A stretch of 57,960 nucleotides of DNA, filler included, from Sphacelaria rigidula (taxonomy: Eukaryota): NCBI GenBank assembly GCA_964200075.2. It is 9 parts of 9 records of this genome, joined end to end, with 100 filler letters (N's around TTAATTAATTAA, not from the genome) between each part and the next. Parts side by side here need not be neighbours in the genome. Positions count along the whole stretch, not along the records: positions 45,159 to 51,509 come from CAXNAA020020602.1; positions 51,610 to 57,960 come from CAXNAA020020603.1; 7 more parts are not named here. One strand, 5' to 3'. Each line of letters starts with the position of its first letter. Positions within the stretch are counted from its first letter, which is position 1. Made by a program: the position numbers and the translations under genes. This document shows, one piece after another, positions 48,743 to 57,960 of the stretch. The notes beneath the pieces were generated by a model. The model was not told the origin of the DNA and did no database searches. It saw only the letters and a program-made list of their open reading frames with translations.

Positions 48743-50109
48743 CAGGGTTGCACATCGGATATCGATAATCGATACGATTTCGATAAATATCGGCAATATG
48801 CCATATCGGTAGCGGAGCGTAGAAAACCGATATATGTGATATGTATCAATCTCAAATATCAATATCGATATGCTCGATATGCTCGATATTTTCGTTTATT
48901 ATTCGTCACATTCGCTCAATTTCTCGAAACGGTCGTCACAGTAAACGCAGAGGGGTAGTATTTCTCGAACGGCAGACCCCAGTTGATGTGTAACCCTGCC
49001 CCCCCCCCCCATCCCTTACTCCACAAGGTCCCCTTCACACACCACACACCGCTAATGCCTCGTGGGTTTAGGGTTTAGCGATATGATTCAGCGGGGGTGT
49101 TTACCCACGGCAACATACGGGCGGCGTGGCGGAGTAGGAATGAGGTCACGATCAATGCAGAGCTGCAGACAACAGTAGAAAATAGCTGACCTTCGGAGTA
49201 TGAGGAGATGGTAGTGTCGCTTCGCCTTCCCTTCATGTTTGACGAGTGTTGGGTTTAGTTTCCTCTACATCCATTAGTGTGGACATTCTAATTGTTTCAA
49301 GCTTAGTGTTTTTCTCTTCTTGGTAAGTGACATACAAATATATAGAGGGAGTATATATTGGCATCCAAAAATTAAAACTTGATGGATGCTGGCGACGTTT
49401 CCTGTTACTGGTATTGAAGAACTTGAAAAAAAAAGAGCTCGCATTTGAGTTTGTGCATGTTCGAGGTTTGACACCTCTTCCTTTTCTCATGAATGTGCAG
49501 AGTCGAGGTATGCGCTCATTCGATCGAAAAACACGGAATAGTGACCGTAGAAATGAAAATAGTGTCATCAATACCACACCTGACCCGCTGTGATCAACCA
49601 CCTCTTGCACGACGAAATATATCCGCAAGACAGCTGTATCACCGCATGCCGTCGCTGCTATGATGTCAATTTGCACACTACCCGCTGCTGTAAATCATGT
49701 ATCCACTGCTGTCTACTGGAAACTACTGTAGATTGCTTGAGATATCACACCCTCACTCAGGAGCGATATCCAAAGCTCGATTACTTTCTCTCGACTAGAT
49801 GGTTGCAACACCGCCTAGTAAAGCCCTGACATCGCTTCTGGTGAGGAGTAAGTGAGCTTTGAAGATCTGTCGAGGGGACGTGTATCCTGAGCGACCTACA
49901 ATAGTGAGTGAGGATGTCAGTGTGCCAGTGTACTGCTCGGTCTTGTACACTGCGGCCATACCAAGACAGCCGTATCGTATCGAATATCGATACTCGATAT
50001 CTATCGTATCATTTTCGCAATATCGACAAAAATATCGGTATCGTCGGTTGTGGATTGATATTCTAAGAAAATTTATCGAACTTTATTCTCGGTCCGATAT
50101 GCAACTCTG
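48743..50109. mobile_element. hAT-type non-autonomous DNA transposon
   Basis: TIR CAGGGTTGCACATCGG / CCGATATGCAACTCTG; perfect 8-bp TSD ACACGCAC (48735-48742, 50110-50117); subterminal CGATA(T) repeats at both ends. Confidence 0.9.
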
Positions 50110-50352
50110 ACACGCACACCTGACATGCCCAGGCAAGAGCGCACTGGTCGTGCTGCAAGATGGCATCAAGTTCGTCATAAACTCCATAATGGGAGAGAAC
50201 TTCCGAGCCAACTGTCCTATATCACCGCACGAGAGAGAAGTACTACTTGAAGCTGCGCTATGCCCCCCTCCCCAAAAGCAAGACCATCACCGAAACATCG
50301 AGAACCCTTGCAACCCAGAGGTACGAAAGAGTATGCACGATTAGTGTGCACA

Positions 50353-50432
50353 CAAAAATGTTTTCGTCGTGTCGGGATTCGAACGCGTGACCTGTGTCAT
50401 TCGAGGCTGTTGTATCAGTTTGGCCACGGGGG
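50353..50432 (-). mobile_element. Degenerate tRNA-derived SINE-like sequence
   Basis: Minus strand: CCCCGTGGCCAAACTG..GTTCGAATCCCG. Confidence 0.45.
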
Positions 50433-52639
50433 TCACACAAAAGTGCCACGCGAAGCCCAATTTGACGTATTTCTGGCTGAAAATTTACCAAGATGTGGTT
50501 GACGCGAGTGCCCGTATGTACCGCAGCGTTGTCATCGTTCATATGATTTTTTGAGGAAGTTATAGCACTTTTCCTGTTTTTGCTGGAACTTCAACTCGCT
50601 CCAACTTCCGTTTCTTTTTTCCTCTGCACTCCTCACAGGGTTGCGCAGATTGATGATAAAATATGTCGTGTCAAAATTTCAGCGCCTAGCTCTTCGAATA
50701 ACCAAAAGCATCTCCCCTCTTCGTTTAAAAGTCACTGATGGCCGGCCCTGCTCGTAAAGCGGCATACAGTGTAGAATAGCATACGAACACACAAGGGATT
50801 GTTATTGACACACACAATTTGATTTGGCACGAACGCTGCAGAAGGGAGATTATCGTGCTGAAAAATACTCCGTGTAGGTTGACAACGTTTGTTATCATGC
50901 ACCAAGGCGGAGCACCTCGAACTTTATACCCACAGTCTTAGTCCTATATTTTTGACCTCTCGTTTCGTCAGCCAAGTGCTCGCTCCGTCTGGTACTCAGT
51001 GGGATAAGTACGACAAGTTCGTTCTTTGCCGAACCGTTTCATACCCCCCTCGCCTTAGGAGGAGTCGGTGGTCTTGCGGCGTCAACATCCCTTTCCCAGT
51101 TGATTGCCTTGCGCTGTTTGATGTTAGTATATATCACGCTGCATAGCATTGGATTACTATTCCCACAGCGCACCCTGTCGCGCCTTTTCTCAAGTTGTTT
51201 CACGTCTGAAATAGTGGCGTTCAGGAATACTCGAGCAGTTTTGTTCCGGGCATCTCTAGGTAAAGCCCCGTCACAATCGGACATGCCACGCACGCGGCCA
51301 TCTGTTTTTTGCTGGCAAGAGAATATACCTGAACTTGGTGTAAAAAGCAGGCGCACCTGAAGTGCCTACTTTTCCCCGTAACTGTTCCTGACACTCCGAG
51401 AGTATCTTAACCCTTTTGGGACCGGGCTTCCAGAACGACCAGTGAGGCTGGTCAGGAATGACGTGTCTGGCGTCTGCCCGAAACAGTGGCGCGCTGCTGA
51501 AAATCCGCGNNNNNNNNNNNNNNNNNNNNNNNNNNNNNNNNNNNNNNNNNNNNTTAATTAATTAANNNNNNNNNNNNNNNNNNNNNNNNNNNNNNNNNNN
51601 NNNNNNNNNAAGTGGCCCTCCCGACGCTCCCATCTGTCCTCTCCAGCGTTCATGGCCAACCCAACCGCCCATCCTCTCCGGTATCCATGATCCCCACACA
51701 GTGCCCCTTCTGCTTTCTTTCGCGATGAAACACTTCCTCCTTCATTATACACTCTGGTTCTGGTCTGTGGAAGTTTCTCGTCCAGGAGTATGGCCAGTCA
51801 AACAGCGAAACGCGAAATGAGTCTCATCAGCGTGCATTATTTGTCACCAGGAAAAACAGCGAAACAGCGAAACAGCGGAAACAGCGAAGCCACACTTATC
51901 ACCCAACCTTTCACCACCATGGTGCGAAAGGCACGGCAATAAATCAAGCAGGCCGACGTCTGGAAACGCGGTGGCTCGAAATAGCACCACCAAAAAATGT
52001 TACCCAACTTGCGAATGCACGACCTTGTCATTCCCCAGCAGTTAGCAAGAGAAAGAAGGAGCTGTATCAGATGGTCTTACCGCATCCTGGCCCACAAGCT
52101 GAGAGAAGTTGAAAACTACAGACAAATCAATATTTCACACCTCATTACGCAGGCAATAGAGAAAAGTGTCAACCGTCTGGTGAAAAAATATCGGAGAGAA
52201 GCGGGTTTAATAGTTAGTACAGTAACTCCTCCAGAGGGGCACTAGAACAGCCCCCAGTTGTGATGTGATGGTACATACTAGGAGCCGAAGCTGGAAGAGA
52301 GCACGATGAGAGTTGGTTCCTAAGCAGCCTTCAGAGCAGCCATGGAAAAAGCAATACACCGGACAAAGGTCCATCATCGTCGAAAATGAAGCTCAACTCG
52401 TTGAGGCTCTCATCATGCTACATTCTGCGCCGTACCCCAATTAATCGGTTACGTTACATTCCACGCTGACACATGTTCAACCGGCAGCCAGAAAAACCAA
52501 AAATGTCATAAACAGGGGCTGTTGATTCCAAATCGAAACACCAGTCTTTCTTTTTCAACCCGATCTTGGACGATCACTGTTATGACTCATACAACGCATC
52601 ATCACTTTTGCAGGTATACAGATACGCTCTCAGCGTTAT

Positions 52640-54651
52640 CCTGTGCATCAGTACGTGTTAGAGTCGCAGCCGGAGTGAATGGTACCCGGCGGAAAAAAAT
52701 CACAGTCGAGTCCGCAGCAGATGTACCATGTATCAGCAAAAAAGTTCATAGATGAACACCCGGTCATAATAGCAGCTGATATAAAACCAGTACCGCCAGG
52801 ACCCATGGGTCTCAGAGGCGCGGACGGTTCTCCCATAAAAATCCTAGGGTTCCCACATGGAATTGCAGAATTAGTTGAAACGGAAAATACCCCGTCAACA
52901 ACAGCAGCAGCTGTCGGAGAGCCACGCATAATAACCGAGAAAGACACTCGATCGCCTGATGTACCTCAAGCATTCACGCGCATCATTGTTGCAAAGACAG
53001 TATGCACATGATCGGCAACGAATAAGACGGTAGTGGTACAAATCGCCAACCCGTCGAGCCGACATGTAAAGCTGAAACGCAATACGATTTTAGGCTATAT
53101 CACCTCAATACGAGAGACGAAAAACCGGAGAAACTTCATGTTATTCCGGATACCATCTCACGACTGTTCGCGTTTGAAAGGCGACAAGGAGCTCAAATCG
53201 CGCCGTTGCTTACACGAATGCGTTGTAACGTTCCAGAAGACCCTGCGCTGCAAATAGTTGGACCACAGCATCATGTTCAACATATCAGCTGAGAAGCTCG
53301 ACCGTTTGAAGCCGGTGCAAAGTGACCGAGAGCTGTCAGTCAACCGCAGGAAAAATGCAAAATAGCAAATACGGGAGTACGCACACCATGTCAGGGTTGT
53401 CAACGCCGAAAAAATGGTCCACAACCGGCCAAAAATTGCAGATGGGATAGGTTCCGGTAGGACGGCCATACGAAAGAGTGCCGGTAGACCTAGTCGAATA
53501 CAAAAAAACTTCGATGTCAAACGCTGGAGCACTAAGTTAACTTGTTGGAATACCCCCACAATGTATGCTTTGCTCATTCCGGTGCCAAAAAAACAGACCA
53601 CATCAATAGCCGAAACTCTTATCGACAGAGTCTTGACTACATGTGGCATCTCGGGAAAGCTGCGTTCGAATTCAAGAGCCGAAATTGGAAAAAAAGCTAA
53701 TATACGCACGGTAACAAGTGCTGGGTTTCAGTAAGACTCGCACGACACCGTTACGCCCGCAAGATGACTCAGGCTTGAAACGAATTCACTCCACTATGCA
53801 CGCGGTGTTAGCTATGCATACAAGTATGGTAATTGGAAACAAGAAATTGGGCATCCATGCTTTCGTTCATCCGAATAGCGTGCAACACATCCTATCACAA
53901 TACAGTACGGGAAATACCGTATTTTGTTTTGTTCGGAAGATAGCCCAGATTACCAATCGACAACATCCCCGGCATACCTGAGGAGAGCCAAGTCGCAACA
54001 CCCGAAATATTTTCCCAAAGAAACACGGGAAAACCCACAGTTTGGATTTGAAATCGCGAGGCAAGCTCTGCGAAAAAGAGCGAACGAGCAAGAAAACAAA
54101 AATAAATTGAAACCGTTCCCAGTGTTCAAACCCGGTCGAAAGGTACTCATGCACCGACTATACCAGGATTCAGAAGGGCCAAACCAGAAACTCCAATTAT
54201 CATGGAGAGGACCTTTCATGATAACCGAGAGACGATCGCCGGTTGTGTGCAGGATCAAAATAGGCGACGACTCCAAAGAAATGTCAGTACATCTCGCTCA
54301 CTTGAAGAAATATCGTCCGCGAGAAACGCCACCCGCATCAGATTTGTTCCTAGGCAAATGGATACCTCCACCAGAGAGCGACCAACCGGACGAAACGTTG
54401 CCTACCATAGAACGTTACGCTGTCGAAAAGTGGGAGCCCACGCTCCAGGACCAGGTCGGAGGAGTCTTCATAACTCTGAATATCGGTTGAGCCTCAAACG
54501 CTACGGCCCAGAAGCTGACCTAACCTATCGAGCTGACGAAACACGACAAGGTAGACATCTCATCGATATATACCGTCGTGACAATGGGTTAGCAAAGCGC
54601 TCACATGCGGAGTCGAAATCCAAAAATACCGGGAAACGGAAACGGATGTGA
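52640..54651 (+). pseudogene. Degenerate Ty3/gypsy pol: protease, integrase and chromodomain-like tail; no RT/RNase H
   Basis: ITVESAADVPCIS..LRGADGSPIKILG (protease); PVGRPYERVPVDLVEYK, KTRTTPLRPQ..RIHSTMH (integrase); KLQLSWRGPF..VHLAHLKKY (GPF/Y); YAVEK..YRLSLKRYGPEAD (chromo-like). Confidence 0.82.
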
Positions 54652-54864
54652 CTGTTCAACAGACTGTTCGAGCGTCCTTGCAAAACGCTCAAGGGTTGAG
54701 CAGTAGCCTGGGGTCAATATTCGTAGATCAATGAGAGTCACAACAAGACAAAAAACGACGTTGGGACAGTGCGGACATGCACGGAAGAATATGTGACATG
54801 TCAGCGGTGACGGGGTCGCAACTTCTCAAAGGAAGATGACCTCTCAGCAATGGGAATAGTTGCT

Positions 54865-55690
54865 GACAAGAAGCAAAGGTCATGTCGATGATATTTAACC
54901 AAAGAGCACAATGCTCGCAAGATAAACATCATACCCACCGCCTTGTTACTAACGTGAGCACTTTATCCTACTCCGGTGTCAGCGGAACCGAAGGCGTCCC
55001 AGAATCAGGACATGAATAACCCAGGGTCTCGTGGACTAATCAGTGTCCCCAGTGCTCAGGCACGTATAAACAGCAAATGCATCCAGCACCAAAGTTCAAA
55101 GGCATCTCGTGGAAATATGTCACATATGACCGACTTACATGCCACAAAATGATAAGAAGCGAAGATCATGTCGATGTCTCACCAAAGAGCACAATGCTCG
55201 CAAGATAAACACCAGACCCAACGCTTTGTTACTCACGCGAGGACTTTGTCCTACTCCGGTGTCAGTGGAACCGAAGGCATCCCAAAACCTGGGCATAAAT
55301 ACCTTAAGCTCCCGTGGACCGGTCAGTGTCCCAGTGCCCAGCCATGCATACCTGACTGATGCAGCCAGCACCGAAGTGTAAAAGCATCCCATAAAAAATG
55401 TGTCACGCATGACGCAGCTAGATGACACAAAATGACAAGAAGCAAGGGTCTTGTTGACGGTGTCTAGCCAAATGAGCATAATGCTCATATATGAAAAACA
55501 TCTTAAACATCGCTTTGTTACTAACCCGATATCTTAGTCCTACCCCAGTGTGAGCGGAACCAAGGGCATCCCAAAACCCGGGCATAAATAACCCAGGCCC
55601 CCGTGGAGATTCAGCGTCCCAGTGCCCGATCATGCATAACCGACAGACGCAAAAGGCAACACTAGAGTGCAAAAAGGCATCTGATAGAAA
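54865..55690 (+). repeat. Tandem array of three ~285-bp units downstream of the gypsy pol
   Basis: Units start at 54865, 55151, 55434 (GAYAAGAAGC..GAGCAYAATGCTC..GGAACC.AGGGC.TCCCA). Confidence 0.88.
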
Positions 55691-56087
55691 TGCACGACTA
55701 TCGCACTCTCGATCGTGATCCGCGAAACAGTTCCCACAACCGCGGCGGCAATCGCTCTTGTCACGATCGCCGATTAAACAACAACAGCAGCAGCAGCAAC
55801 AGCAGCAACAAATATATTACCGCCGATAAAAACAAGCGGGTAATATGTCTCACATGACACAGTTACATGACGGAGGAAAACAAAAATCAAAGGGTTTGCA
55901 ATACATGCACTGTTGCTGACCACAGGTGACTGGAATTTATCGGGGGTGTTTACTCAAAACCACAGTATAAGGAAGGGCTACCTTTGCGATTAGTGGTGGC
56001 GTGACTCAGTCAATGATTGTCACTCGAAGATACTTCCACGATGATCGCCTCGTCACACCAGCCGCAGTCCTGATGGACTTGAGGCGC

Positions 56088-56498
56088 AGAGAGGGGGGGG
56101 GAAATGTGGAAGACTCCTCTTTGCAGTGACACATCAAAGACTGATGCCATGCATGTATGAAGAACCAGCGCATGCAGGTACAAGGTAGGAACGGGCCGAG
56201 AGGACCAGATTACCGAGGACCCTGTAATGCCAACGATATTAGACAACTTGGGGTGATGCCAGGAAGAGCCTGATATCAGGACGGACCAACATCCCCCGAG
56301 GAACTGGTCGCCCCCTGGCGACCACTTCTCGCCTGATCCAACTTCTTGCTTACGTATACAAGAGGAGATCATCGCCAGCGTTGAAGTACCTTCGGCATCA
56401 GGACGACATCTCCCAAGACAGTCTCCTCCTTAGTCTGTCTACCCTAGCGGTACGCCTTCCTCGCACATATAGCCCGATTTCTCGAACCCGTTGTCACA
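56088..56498 (+). repeat. Possible polypurine tract plus 3' LTR (TG at 56105 ... CA at 56498)
   Basis: AGAGAGGGGGGGGGAAA immediately before TGTG; no partner LTR seen in the contig. Confidence 0.3.
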
Positions 56499-57051
56499 GA
56501 CGTAGGCTCGCCCTATATATATATATTTATATATATAACGCATTGAACAGCCGCGCCCCGGTACTCTACAGGGTCCACCAATAGTAGCCAGTTCAGGGAG
56601 AAATGCCATAGGTTCGAATCACTACAGATGCGATCTGTTTGAGCACAATCTGGTTTTCTCGCCTTAACAAGCGTGAAGCCGCGAGTAGCACAGAAAACAT
56701 CGATCAGAGTCGACGGGGTGTGGGAGTGCTGATGGTCATGATCCAAACTGCGAAACAAAAATGCCAGGCAGGTACCGGGTGAGAGACGGGTTACTGTGAT
56801 CTCCGGAGACTCATACGGAGGAAGGACAGTCGTTGGAAGCGTCAGAAATGGAAAATACAATATGTATAATGTGTGTGCACACACGCTGTTCATACCATCT
56901 ATAATTATTCTACGCGGTCCGATTCATGTTTCTCCTTCTCGTGCATTCCGCTTTCACTCTTGTTCCATCCCGACCTCTGCTCCGTTTCCTTTTTTTATTT
57001 CGATTCGCTTGTTTGTCTTCATGCGTTTCGCCTTTTGCATGTCCCGTTCAG

Positions 57052-57172
57052 GGAGGGGGCTTGGGACAAGGCCGCACGCGATCCGAACGACGAGATGGTG
57101 TCTGCCGGATTGACCCCTGACAACATCCGCAAGTGGCGGTACTTGACGGATATCCAGAGCCAAAATGAAACG
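57052..57172 (+). CDS. Malic enzyme, N-terminal exon
   Basis: cag|g EGAWDKAARDPNDEMVSAGLTPDNIRKWRYLTDIQSQNET|gtgcg resembles the malic enzyme motif KWxxLxxLxDRNETLFY; good polypyrimidine tract. Confidence 0.72.
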
Positions 57173-57469
57173 GTGCGAGTAGCAACGACCATGCTCAGCT
57201 TTGCGATTTGGAAAAAAAAGCTAGTTGTCAAACTGTAATTATCATCAGTATTTTGTCGTCATGCGGGACGTAGCACACCTCTTGGGGCCGCGCCCCCCGC
57301 CCCCCTTTCTGTCGAGGCACTAACATGAGCCGGTCGCCCCGGTGGCTTTGTTGGTGCCCTCGAGACCTTCTGGCGGTTGGGTCGTGGGTGTGAATCTCGG
57401 TGCAGTCACACGATCTGAGATTCATCCTCGCATCATGCCCAACAGTGTAGAGCGACCATGTCGTGGCAA

Positions 57470-57690
57470 CACCAATTTCGACTGCCCGGTTGACGAGGGA
57501 AAGGGACTGCTGGAACCCTATCGCGATAGAAGTATAAGGCAAGTACCGCAAAAGGAAGGTAAAGTACTAGAAAAATTGAAATAATAACTCTTGTGTTGGT
57601 CTTCACCTGTGTGATCCCGGCTGATGCGTCTACAGATATCGAAAGGTGTAGAGTGGCGTCCGGAATAGATTGAGTGACATACACATAAAC
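57470..57690 (-). repeat. ~220-bp dispersed repeat (copy 2), downstream of the malic enzyme exon
   Basis: Reverse complement of 37563-37783. Confidence 0.78.
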
Positions 57691-57960
57691 ATTGTACACA
57701 ATGCTACACCCCCCCCCCTCCCGGCCCCCCTTTTTTTCAGTCTACTCTTCGAGTATTCAAGGGCACTTGGAGTATGGGTATCCTCTACAGCACCCGTACC
57801 CGTACCCTGCCTGGACCACTTTCGAAAAACTCGGCTGGTTCCCGGTCCCCTCTTTATCCGTGCCGTGTGCGGAGTTGTTGGTCTGTTGTCTATGTCGCGC
57901 TATGATGTTGCTTCTCCCCCGCCGCCCCCTCCGCGCTCCTGTGCGCTGTCTTGCTGCGGT

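Noticed and set aside
1..57960. Regular ~6.45-kb periodicity and co-occurrence of two Snf2 genes, MLH3 and recombinases as a possible gene cluster
   Set aside because: The blocks are separate contigs joined by artificial linkers, so adjacency has no biological meaning

Overview
This is not one contiguous locus. It is nine unrelated eukaryotic contigs of 6351-6352 bp (1-6352, 6453-12803, 12904-19254, 19355-25705, 25806-32156, 32257-38607, 38708-45058, 45159-51509, 51610-57960), joined by artificial 100-bp N/TTAATTAATTAA linkers. Short GT-AG exons in long repeat-filled introns suggest a stramenopile, probably a brown alga (inference). Host gene fragments: 5 exons of a MOT1/BTAF1-like Snf2 ATPase, 3 exons of a second Snf2 ATPase (DEGH/TGTP, minus strand), 2 exons of MLH3 (DQHAADERVKLE), and 1 malic enzyme exon. 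Mobile DNA dominates. It includes an intron-containing Sola2-like transposase pseudogene with a matching GAG...CTC terminal family; a near full-length Ngaro/DIRS-type tyrosine-recombinase retrotransposon; two Ty3/gypsy derivatives that lack RT/RNase H; a TA-flanked TIR family (4 copies); two 8-bp-TSD non-autonomous elements; a very abundant poly-C-ended ~330-bp element; tRNA-like and (CAA)n-tailed SINE-like repeats; foldbacks; and tandem arrays. I see no CRISPR array and no intact multi-gene novel system. The best leads are the poly-C element sitting just upstream of 3' splice sites, the spliced Sola-like transposase with its termini, the long insertion in the YR-retroelement RT, and the TIR family that carries coding-like cargo and appears to seed microsatellites. 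All protein assignments rest on motif recognition by eye, not database searches.
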